From Tubiluchus corallicola (lineage: Eukaryota; Animalia; Priapulida), in NCBI GenBank assembly GCA_030141605.1, contig JAQGDQ010000764.1:1-64000 (forward strand): a DNA stretch of 64,000 bases, given 5' to 3'. The translations under genes were made by a program, and so were the position numbers. The notes beneath the pieces are model-generated. The model saw nothing but the letters and a program-made list of their open reading frames with translations. It was not told the origin of the DNA and ran no database searches. Positions within the stretch are counted from its first letter, which is position 1; each line of letters begins with the position of its first letter. Positions 24,273-37,265 of this stretch are shown here, one piece after another.

Positions 24273-26155
24273 TATCTTTTTGAGTACATGACATAGAACA
24301 TTTTGTATTTGCATTTAATTACGTAATCGTAAATATATATTTATAAAAGCAATAAAATAATAAATTATTGCTTATCGTACTTGTTTCACTTCAGTAGCTT
24401 AAAACAATCTTGCGGATATGTACATGTAGAAGCAATGTCAAATTGTTCTAAAGACTGAGATACAATCACAGGAAATGCAGCGTCATGTTTCTGCTTCTCT
24501 GAAATAACTTATTCTGGATCTCATTTGTTATGTACAAAAACTTCTGCTAGATAGCATCATTTACCATGACTAGAATATGGAAACATAAAATTTCATTCTT
24601 TACCATTCAGAATTTCTTTTACCAACCTAAAATTTCTTAACCTTGGCCAAACTAATTACAACATCCGCATACATCAGTCGGGGTGCATAATTTTCAACAC
24701 ATCTAAGTGTGATATCTAAGCAGCTGGAAATAACTAAACACTCCCCTATCCAATGAATAACTCCAGTTGACAAAATTATAAACATGTTATTAAATATTAA
24801 CTTTTACATATAACAAATATCTTAAATGTTTGATAATAGAGACTCGCAGAGCTCAGCAGCTAGTATACAGATTTAAGTAATTCAGAAAATGGAACAGACA
24901 CGTCGATTCATGGAAACGAGTCGCTTAGTGAGAAAAAACTACCATCCATGAGTTAAACTGCATAAATTTTCATTTTACATTACCACACGCAATGACTGTC
25001 GATCAAAGTAAGTGTGAAATCATTTACTGCAAAAACTTGCGTAGGCTACAATTTCAGCGTACAAAACTTATATAGTATATGTATAGTACGCAAATATATT
25101 TGTCTAATTGGCATCTCGATAATAATTACTGTCACATAATTTCTCTGGCACAATTTGCATGTCTATAGTGTTAGAAATTATAATGATAATTGATAGCCTG
25201 TAATATCACGGCAGATGGGACAGCGTAATTGCATTAGTGTTAAAAGTTACAGTTATGATCTTTGTTTTTAGAAGATTTCCCTCCTTGTTTATTCAGTTTT
25301 TGTCCCAAAATGTCTGAATGGTTTTCAGCAAATTTTATGATTTTAATTAAAGTGTCTTTTCTCTGCCAAGCTTAGGTTATATGTTTTATTGCACCCAAAC
25401 ATATAGTTGTAAGTGATACGACACATTTTTATTTTACAAATCTAAAATCACAAAGATATTTTTCATCAAGTACTACCCCGGGGGCCACAAGCCCTAGCTG
25501 CACCACTGTAATTGCAATACATAAAATGCCAGGAACCAACTGGAGTTCTGACAACGTCAGAAGTTTTAGAGTGTAGCGGGTGCATAGGCCCTTTATGGTT
25601 TTTATTTAGTTACTGCCGCGGTGCTGCCACCTATTTGTTTATTTAGTAGACTTTTTACCTTTTACAGTAGTCACTCTTTTAAAATTGAAGCACCTAATAT
25701 CCTTGAAAACATTAGCATTTTGGTCTTTCGTGAGCTATAGCTATAGTAGTTGTATGACATTTTACTGTCTTTTGGTTTTCTCTGCCATTGCTCTAGTTTT
25801 GTGTTTGTGATGAACATTATGACTCTAAATTTCTTACAAGTTTGTTGTTGTGACATCGTTGTTCTTATGGCCTTGGAGTTCTCATTCCTGTCTTTGTAAC
25901 TATTAAAGGCTCTAGCAACGTAAGTCATTATTAATTAATTTCAATATATATCATAATTTTTATATCAGTTTTCTTAGTTATAGTCATACATCTAATCATG
26001 CAATGAACTCTCTTCTACGCAATGCAAATTAAACTAATTGTTAATCATTGTATTACAGAATAAAGAAACTTTTGGTCAACACATTAAACTGGTGTTTTGT
26101 ATCCATTTCATAGAGAGAGCATGAGAAGAGAATCATCAATTATGAAGAGTTATTT

Positions 26156-29100
26156 TTACGCATCCAGAACAGTGGGTCTGTTCTCCCACGCACACTTCCA
26201 CATGCTACTGATTAGCTTGATGAAGCCAGTGTCTTTTGACTTCTCCAGACCTCTCATCATTCGATGCTTCATCACTGATGTGAATTCTCTGTTACTCAAT
26301 TGACCATCCTCTGTTAACAAAAATAGCAGTGTAACTGCACAGTACCAAAGATTAGGGTTACCATATTGTCCAAGTTGAAAAAGAGGAGACTTTTTGCACA
26401 CTTGTAAGTAGGCAAAAATGACCAGTCTAAGGTCTATTAAAACAATGCAAAAAGAGCGAAACTATACAAATTTAAAGAAATTCACATAAGAACAAACAAA
26501 ATGGCTCCCGGAAGCTGACGTCATTTTAAGTCGTTAGTGAATACGCCGAGTATCGACAGCATATGAACCATTGAACCATGAACCATTCCTTATTGATCAA
26601 CAATACGCAAACGATATTGGATGGATTAGTGTATCAAATTCTCAAACTAACACAATAAAAACGGATTTTCCAAAAAAAACTAGAGAAAAGAAATCTTCAA
26701 GTAAACCAGTGAAAAACATAAGAATATATTATTGCAAGAGATGGTAATCAGTCTTGGAAAAAGTGCAAGTACATGGGCACTTTTCTAAGCACCAAAGATG
26801 ATATTAAAAGTAGAAAGCAAGAAGCAATGCATGCTTTTCTTCAGCACAAGAGTGTATTAACTAGGAAGAAATTAAGTCTTAACATAAGACTTTGATTATT
26901 TAATGCTTACGTTACTAGCATATTTATGTACAACAGTGAAACGTGGGGTTTAACGATTACTCAAGAAAAGCAGATTGACACATTTCATAGAAGTGTTCCT
27001 AGGAAAATTTTAAAGATAAGATGACCATACATAATCAAAAATGAAGATTATACAATAGAACGAAAGAATCAGCAACACATCTACTATGCTAACTATAACT
27101 TAGTTAAATCAACAGATGTCATTTTACAGTAATAAATTACCAAACAGCTGATTTGCTCTCTACTCAGCATTGTCATTACATAAATAGGGAGTGTAATAAA
27201 TTTTTTCAAAACTGTGGAAGAAAAAATTTAAATCCAATTTTAGCAAAAAGCTTTGATGGACTTACTTAAAAAACAAAAAAATTGTACATTCTAGTTTACC
27301 TTCCACTAAATTAACAATTATGCTGTGGACATGCTTGAGAATTTCGTAATTTTGCTTAAAGGAACCTTTAAAACGTTGCAAGAAACCTCCTGGCAAATCA
27401 AAAACTCGAATAGCCACGAAAAATAAAGACGTCCAGGAACTTCAAGCAAATCTAGCTTTAAGAGTAGAAGAACTTATTTAGTTAGCTGCAGATTGGAGTG
27501 GATGGAATGATCTAATAAAATGTTAATGTCTTGATGTCTACAACAGGCGAAAGGAGACCTTGAAAAAGAGTCGAACGTCTGAAAACGAGTCCAAGTCGAG
27601 CCTAGAATCTGGCTATTACAAAACCAAGTCGAGTGTCGAGTCTTTAAAAGTTTGGAGGTACAGGTCCACATCAAGCCCGGGTCGTTCAAGATGAATCAGG
27701 GTAGAGTCCCAATTCTTCTCTTTTCAAGCTGGAGTTTAAATCAAGTTCAAATCTGTATAATAGTTTTTCTATGAGTGCATTCAAGTCACATTCCAAGTCT
27801 AGTATAACTTTTAAATCTGGAATCTTAGCCGAGTTGCAAGTCTTTTTGTTTTTGTTTTTTGTACCGGAATCCAGTCCGACTTAGTCCGAATCAATTCCAC
27901 GATTATTTTAGCACTGATAATTTATTTCTCAGTAACTGAGCTGTAATCTATAAGTCATTAGACTTTTCCAACAATCCTAACACCCTGGGAGGTACCATTT
28001 CCAAATTCAGATGGCACATCTTAGGAAGAGTGTATACTGACCAAACTACTGACCTCCACCTGTACTCTATCTCTGATAGTGACAGCTGTGTTCTGGATAT
28101 TACTTCAGTAAGTAAACCATCTTACTCGACTGGGAAACTATTCAACCACCTCAAAACTGTCACAGTTGAAATTTAGATTTGTAATTTTGAAATTAACAAT
28201 CAAATTCAAATATTATAATCAAATCAGCTTCGTAAAGAAAAATGCAAAAATTATGAATGAACTCTAATAAGCCTTTTCACGGTTCCAGTGATTGATGATG
28301 ACTGTGAAAAGGTCAGGTGATAAGTGTACCAGACACCGCTTTTGTGTACACTTGACAATGACTCACAGCCCATGGTACTGTAATAGTAACACTTTTAACA
28401 GCTAACTAGAACCTTACCTAGTTCATTTTTTTTTGCTCCCAAGCAAGATCCAACTAGTAAATCACACACTAATACATAACTATTAAAAGCCCACGTAAAA
28501 CAACTGAAATGACTGAACTGATGTTACAGACGGGTTCGCTTTACCCACATGTCAAGTGCCGGTTGTAGTTAAGACACGTCGCAGTAGTACACTTAAGCTC
28601 TGAGCTACAGCAACTGCGCGTGCGCGCAACGAAACTGTGAAAAGGCTTGGTAGACTTAAGAATAGTCAATAATTTTTACTTACGATTTTCATCAAACAAT
28701 TCGAAAACAACATTTATAACGTGGTCATCAAGGTCCATATGCGCAACAGTCTTTGCTACATGCTTCAGCGTAGCTAAACCAAATGTTAAAATAAGCGTTA
28801 GTGATTTTATGCTCTGCAGATAATTTTTTGCAAATTTCTTTATGATAGTTTAATAAGTTTAAGTGATAATAGTAAAATAAACCAACATGCTAAATGATTT
28901 GTCCTTTTCTTTACATTTTGTCTTATCTTTCTAGGTTCAGCCACTGAAATGACACAATTGTCCGTTGAACTAAACAAAAAATTAAGAATCTTCTTGAAAA
29001 TACATCATATTGTTTATAAACTACAAGGCAGAAACTCACCAGGGTCTATGCTAGCGCCAGCCATATGGTAAAAAGTCAGCGCCGTATCGACATCGTGGAT

Positions 29101-32100
29101 ATTCTTCAGAAAGCGTGAAAACGTGATAAACTGCTCCACTGTAATGCCCTTCAAAAACGATTTTAATTGAACGGTAAATATTAGTAGCAAACTGGAAATA
29201 TACCAAAACTGGATAAACGCATAAAATCAGGCTAGTTCTGGATTAACCATTAAACAAAATAAGCACGTGCTTAGGGCTTCAGGGGAAGAGGAGGCCACAT
29301 GATTTTTTCTATTCCAATAATTACCCAAAAGTAAAATATACCAGAATATGTGCGACAATTTCTGCATTCGTTTACAATATGAGGGTACAAATGCGCATCG
29401 AGATTGTAGCTACAATATTAAATAGATACGATAAATGTGAAGTTTAAAAGTGAAATATATTGTAAAAACAAGTCTTCTTTAATAAAAAGAGCTAACTGTA
29501 TCTTAAAATTTGACATTAATTATATTAAATTTCACAGCTTCCTTCCTATAATGAAACCGGGCCTTGAAGTTACTTTTTTTTGCCAAACATTTTGTTCGGT
29601 TTTTCTCGTAAAACTCCAGAAAATCACAAGCAAAAAAATTTGCTAGCAACGACTTCTTTGGATGCCATGTCGTTTGTGGGACGCTGAATTTATAAATAAT
29701 GGTGCGTAGCAAAATGTGACAACAAATAACCAAACTCAAATGGTGGAGTTCCTGGTGTCAACTAACGAGTAAAACACGCAAACTGAAGTTCTAGACTTTT
29801 TTTGAAAATGACACCTTCACGCCAGATTTCTTCTTATGTAAACCACCAAGAAAAAGTTACAAGTATCATAAAATCTTAGTTAGAGAATTTTCTTTCTGTT
29901 TTTGTGTAAAATTGAAACTTCATAAAGCAGTATTATGCTGTAAAGGTCACATGCTGTATTTGACCTTTAAAAAGAAAGTGACATGCAACAGGCTGAAATT
30001 TACATTATAAAAGAACGTGCAACATTTATAATAAAAAACAATGGGTAATTATTCAAATGCTGATTGGCTAACATTTCAGAGACTAGAAACGTCATTTATA
30101 AGTTTAATAGGCACACGATTACAAGAACTGTTAGTTATGCATGAAGTAAGAGTGAAATTGAGAAAGTTTCTAACTTGTTTTTTGAATAGCGGGGGTGCAA
30201 AAGGACGGGACAAGTTGGTTATGATGTGTTTGATGTTGATGTTAAGCTACAAGAATGGAATGAGTGATAATGAAACTAATGACTGAAAGGTTTTTATATA
30301 GGTTATACCTGTCAGCCAATCAGCATTTGTTTAATTACCCATTGTTTTTTATTATAATTGTACTTATGATTGTAGAGCTTCTTATTAAATAAAAATATTG
30401 TTTTGACTAAAAAGAAAGCAACGACTAGTACTACATGAAACTGTCTTAAGGTAACTCCATGGCTTGGTTTTCACTACGCAGTGTTTAATCGCTAATCACC
30501 TACATATAGGGTTTCAGATATATAAGAGAGTCTAGCTTGGTACTGGTAAGGAAAATAGGTTGATTCCAGCAAAAAGGAAGAAATTAATCAGAAGAAATGT
30601 GAATAAAACTCCTAAAATGTTTAATTTATACAATTTAAGTAGCATTGATTTTTGTCTCTGAAACGTATCTCAATTCCTTAACATTCTATGGAAGTGTTGG
30701 CTTCGTTTAACAACAATTTGCTTAATGTTGCATTTTGCTTGAAAGCATTAGTGTCGTTAAGCGAGGCTTTATTGTATATATCAAAAACTGTTTGTGCAAG
30801 CCAGAATAAATAATGATCTAGGAAACTAGGAAACATACAATGTCATTTTCCTTGAATTTTTTCTTTACTCTTTTCAACATCCGTGTCTGTATCTTGTCTG
30901 GCAGGCCAGCATACGCGAGCAACAAGCTAGCAAAGTCTGAAGAACGAATTTTGCCCTCGACTGGATCCTTGCGATGAAACTGCATAAATAGAAGAAATAC
31001 GAATGTGATTCAAAAATCACTTAGTGACAATAAAAACAATCTACGAATGTGATTCAAAAATCACTTAGTGACAATAAAAACAATCTACGAATGTGATTCA
31101 AAAATCACTTAGTGAGTGACAATAAAAACAATCTACGAATGTGATTCAAAAATCACTTAGTGACAATAAAAACAATCTACGAATGTGATTCAAAAACCAC
31201 TTAGTGAGTGACAATAAAAACAATCTACGAATGTGATTCAAAAATCACTTAGTGACAATAAAAACAATCTACGAATGTGATTCAAAAATCACTTAGTGAC
31301 AATAAAAACAATCTACGAATGTGATTCAAAAATCACTTAGTGACAACAAAAACAATCTACGAATGTGATTCAAAAATCACTTAGTGACAATAAAAACAAT
31401 CTATGAATGTGATTCAAAAATCACTTAGTGACAATAAAAACAATCTATGAATGTGATTCAAAAATCACTTAGTGACAACAAAAACAATCTACGAATGTGA
31501 TTCAAAAATCACTTAGTGACAATAAAAACAATCTATGAATGTGATTCAAAAATCACTTAGTGACAATAAAAACAATCTATGAATGTGATTCAAAAATCAC
31601 TTAGTGACAACAAAAACAATCTACGAATGTGATTCAAAAATCACTTAGTGACAATAAAAACAATCTATGAATGTGATTCAAAAATCACTTAGTGACAATA
31701 AAAACAATCTACGAATGTGATTGAAAAATCACTTAGTGACAATAAAAACAATCTACGAATGTGATTCAAAAATCACTTAGTGGCAATAAAAACAATCTAA
31801 GCCCAACAGACAACACACAAATTTCAATTTCTCATAAAAGTTTAATGGCGAATCACAAGGAAGCAATTTCCACCATTATGGATGCTGGATACATCACTTC
31901 TACATTTTATCAATTTACAGGTAATTGTTAACTTATGACCACACGTTTCGGCAGACTGGTCATAAGTTGAAATGGACGCAAGTCGGATGCGTATATTAAA
32001 GCGGAGTGCTCCTACATGCAAGACCTTGGGTGTGTATGCACAACAAGTATGAAAGCACCTACAATGAATTTTTATTGAAACAGAAGGAAATATTAGTTAT

Positions 32101-35100
32101 AATCGGTTTTGTATATTCAGTTAATTAAGTTGTTGTTGTGTCGGAAACTCGAACGGTTGTAAGTCGCATAGATTATAATTGACGGCTACCTGTACACTAT
32201 ACAAAAGAGGCATAATTAGTGTTTAATTTTTTATGCTTTTAGCTATTTGGACTTAACTTTTTCTGTACAATTAGTTTTATTTACACTTAAATGTATACAA
32301 GCAAAACACTTCAAAGTGACCGCTCATTAAGTAGATGGAAAAACAAAACAATGTGAAAACTAATTTAGCCTTTAAACTAATAGCTCAGTTAACAGAACAA
32401 GAGAGTACTAATCCCAGGTATTGGGTTCAAATCCCGACTAGTCTACAATTTTTTAGGATCTCCTTTCTTTCTCCATATCATTACCCGCAATGGGAAATAA
32501 TTGTTAAAAAATAAACTAATTTATAAACACTCTCTCAATCACAGTGATAATCTAACTAATTATTTGGCACTTATACAATAAAATTAAACATTTTTGCACG
32601 AAAGTAGTTAACGATTAAAACAAAGCTTAATGACAAAAGCAAAACCTCGAGTCTCAAAATTTCAGTTTGTAATTCCTCTTGGAAGACGATGAATTTCTCG
32701 ATGGTCAGCTTGTCCTTGAGATTTTCTCCAAAAAGGTACTTTGCGACTGCACTGTTGCTTATAGGCTTCGCAACGCTGCCCGTGTTGGGCGTGTCTCGGT
32801 ATCGCATGCCCATTGCTGTTTGGTTGCGTATTAATAACTGAACCTGAGCGTAAAAAACAGTACTCTAATTAGATTATAAATGTAAGGCCGTTTTTTGTTA
32901 CATATTACAGAGTTTCTAAAGAAGTAGAAAATGATGTTTCTTTGACTCAATTAACTTTTACTAATTACACAGTTATTAATTATGTGCAGTCTACGGCCAT
33001 ATCACGTTGAAAGCACCAGTTCTCGTCTGATCACCGAAGTTAAGCAACATAGAGCCTGGTTAGTACTTGGATGAGTGACCGCCTAGGAATACCAGGTGCT
33101 TGTAAGCTTACGGGATGTCCACACTGTATCTCGACACCAGGCGGAGGAGCTGTACAAGCAGCCAACGGCTAGAGGGCGGAGGGGGTCAAGTGAGCCAACG
33201 GCCATGTGTAGGAGTAAACATTCCAAATCAGGAGTGGAGCCCCGAAGACGGACCAGTGCAGCATGCTCACTGACTCCAGCAGCTCCTGCAGCCAACCTGG
33301 TGCCAAACGTATCGCTCCGCTTTCCTTTGGACTACACCAGGGAGGAAGAGAGGGGGTTCGTGTTGTCTGGGCAACTCAGGATCTCCATACACCTTGCCCA
33401 GGAATGTGATCAATAACTGACTCTCTTGGCGCACACTTTATTGTCTTCCGAGACAGAAGGATGCCAACAACAACAACAATTATGTGCACAGAGTATGAAA
33501 TGTGACTAATATCTATAAGGAGTCACAAAAATGTTGCAATTATTTCCATAAGTTTTTTAACAAGGTAGTCTATAGAAGTGTTGAACGCCTTTTGGTCTGC
33601 TAAGATTTTCAATGCCCTTATTAACCTTTCGCCTCGGTAATAACATAGTAATACATGTATTACTTGTATTTATAATATGTACACTACACTAAATTAAATA
33701 GTTGAGACCAGACGGTTTAGTCTAGTGCTAATGCGTCTGCTTTCCGTCTGGGAGGTCGTGAGTTCGAACCAGCGGCCGGGCATACCAAAGACTTTAAAAA
33801 TGGTACCTGCTGTTGCCCTGCCTGACGCGTGGTATTTAAGGTAAAAGTGGGGTAATAATAGTGTCTGTTATGTAGTTGTAGGTTGTTATTTACAGTCGGC
33901 GATAATAGCTCTTTGAGCTAATGTTAATTGTTGACCCAAAAGCCGACTTTAAATAAAGATTATTATTATTATTATTATTATTATTATTTAATAGTTCTAA
34001 TAATTTTAACAAATTTTCAAATGACATAAAATGTACTTCATAGCTTAATCATTAGGCCTTAAAGTTTTGCAACTCGATAAATAAGAAACAATGACCTACA
34101 TGAGCCACCTAATGAAGTCAGTTTAACACATGTATCATAAATGAACAGGAAATAACAAAAACACAACATTTTACATATATATATATATATATGTATGTAC
34201 AATTTGGCATATTCCAACAACTTATAAAATGAGGTATATCAGCGTACCACAATTCACTTCTAAATCGACCTCTTACCTTATTAAATTCGTCAAAGTCCAC
34301 TTCACCATCGCAGTTGAGGTCAAACATCTTAAAGGCAATTTCAAAATGTCTTGGAGGAGCTAGAATAGAACAACAAGACAGAATTATGGTAAATCATAAA
34401 GACCATGTAATTAGGAAAAAAAGTTGAAAATTCCTCTTTTTGTGCAGTAGCATCCATCAAGGAGCTCGGATAAGTCTTTTCACAGTTTCACTATGCACAT
34501 GCACAGTTGCTGTTGGTGAAAAGTTAAGTGTATCACAGCAATACGTCTTAACTACAACCGTCATGTGACATGTGGGTAAAGCAAAGCCATCTGCCATATC
34601 AATTCAGTAACTTCAGTTGATTTATGTAGACTGTACTTTATTATGCATTAGTCATCATCATCAATCATTAGAACTGTGAAAAGGCTTACTTAACTGCACA
34701 AATTGTCTAGCTGGCCTAGTGTAGCAACCCTTGACCTGCTCTAAAGGATCTGGGTTTGAATCTCACTCACGTCGGTGTTTTTTCAACCAAGCTGCATTGA
34801 TACAGACCTCTCTAACCACCTTTCTGAGCTTAATAAAGTACTTGATCATGTGCTGAGGAAAGAAAGCAGGCGAGCAATGGGCTAGCCACCTCTTCTCCTT
34901 CTGTGCAGAGACCACCATAATGCAAACATGTCTGACATGGGGATTTTCTATGAAGAATTTCTGAAGGTAAAATTGCTAAGACATCAGCATAGGTAGAACA
35001 CAGGTGAGTTTATTTATACAAATCAGTAACAGCACATGTTTGTTCAATGATCTCTGACAGCCAACTGACCAGGTAAGTTTTCTATGAAGCAAGGAAGCCA

Positions 35101-36948
35101 GCAATTCTATGAAAGGTAAATGTTATGCATACTACATAGTTCAAGGATGAAAGTTTAGACTGTATATGAAGAAATAGACTTATTTTACAGCTGAAATTTC
35201 TTGTATGGGATTTTTTAATGTTTTAACCAGAGAATGCAGTAATATGACAATGAATAAAAAATAATGACATATGACATAATAATAAAAAATAATGACATAT
35301 GACATCGTGAGCTTCACGACACTTTCCTCTTCTTCTTCTTCTTAATAATCTCCACAACTGCAGTGCAAGCATTCCTAGCTCACCTACGCTCTAACTCTCC
35401 CTACCGCTCAAGTTGTACAATTTTCAGGTATTTTGCATGTCAGTGTATCTGAACTTTGCAGCACAGTGAAGAATATACTTACTGGACAGCACTGTTAATA
35501 AGAAAACATAGTCTGAGAACGATATCAAGCCTTTTTGCCCTAGCCGCATGAAAATGCTGTCATCTGTCAGTATCATGCTCCCTGGAATCTGTTCCTTCTA
35601 CAATAAAGTTTTAATGAAAAATAAATAAATAAGCACTAAGTCATAATTTTTAATTAAGACATAAATAATCAAGCACTAAATAACAATTTATAACAATTAT
35701 TAAGATTAACATTGTTAACTGCAGCGGCATAGCCAGGTTCTAAAGCTAGGGGGAGCAAGCACATAAAAAAGCGTCGTGACACATAAAAAACGATTTTTAA
35801 TGCATTGATTTTTTATTTCAATTTTGTGTTTAAAATCAAAACACGAGGAATATACAGTTTTAAATGAAGTATACAATTCTTATTTTATATTTGACGTTAA
35901 GACACAATAAAAAGTTTTACAGTAGACTCATAAATTTCAAAACACAATAAAAACAAGTGTGTTATTTTAATTATTTCAAATTTAAACATAAAATGAAGAG
36001 TAAAAAACATCGATGAAAATGCGCCAATTTTGAAAAATGTGTTAGAGGGAGCGGTTGCTCCGCCGCCACCACCACCCTCCCGCATCAGCCGCGTTACTGA
36101 GGACACCTAAAGGTGCATTCACACAGACTGTATTAAAGTCGACTGGACATTCTCCCAGTGCAACAGTGTAGCGACTATACTTAGAAAGCTATAATTAGGC
36201 ATTGTATTATACACTATTATCTACAGTATCTATACCATTATCTAACTTGGCACAACGAAATACAATTAATAATATTATTGGCTTATTTTGGGGAAATTCT
36301 GCTGTTTTTCTCAGTACATCACAATTTTATTTTATTAACATCCACTAGTGAATATCAGAAACACTTGCAAAACTGGAATGCACTGCTTCATTAATATACT
36401 AAATAAACCAGCAGTATTGTGATAACTTTGTCTCTTTAAAACAGTTTAGAACACCTTTAAACAGTAAATATTCCTTTAAAACAGTTTTGCAGGCTGTGAA
36501 ATCTGAAGATTTAATTTCTGTTTCTAATATAAGATTACAATGGATCACAATACACTTAAAATGCTTTAATTCAAAAATTTGCTTCTATAAATTAAGTATT
36601 TCCGTGAAATGAATTCTGAAATGGAACCAAAACAAAATGATCATGCTTGATAGGGAGATTGATAGATAGATGGGGCAAAATTTCAGAGATCAACTAAATC
36701 AACTAGACTTTTGGAAACTTCATTAAAAAGCATCACATAGAAGTAAAGAGTTCAGAAGGTTCACTAACTGTTTGTACTCTGTATAATTTCCTGAGACCCA
36801 TCAAACATAGTTACTGTTGACCCTAACAAGCTCATTCTCTCAAAACACAGCTGATTTTACTGTTGAAACGACCAAAATGCATTGTACCATCTTCCCCTCT
36901 CTCTCTCTCTGCATGCGAGGGCTGGAAGAGTGATACACAGAGAGAGAA

Positions 36949-37034
<86 letters not shown>

Positions 37035-37058
37035 GAGAGAGAGAGAAAGAGAGAGAGG

Positions 37059-37144
<86 letters not shown>

Positions 37145-37162
37145 GAGAGGAGAGAGAGAGAG

Positions 37163-37198
<36 letters not shown>

Positions 37199-37206
37199 AG
37201 GGGGAG

Positions 37207-37265
<59 letters not shown>

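Noticed and set aside
30998-31799. CRISPR-like regular array
   Set aside because: Units are contiguous with no unique spacers, no cas genes, and the context is a eukaryotic intron.
32989-33109. Functional 5S rRNA gene (also ~19266-19386)
   Set aside because: No oligo-T terminator after the 5S part; both copies run into the same body and tail, one has a TSD, and they differ from each other at several positions. These are SINE heads.
34960-35120. Cluster of plus-strand donor-like motifs antisense to MICU1
   Set aside because: Partly explained by a local duplication; no supporting ORF or acceptor.
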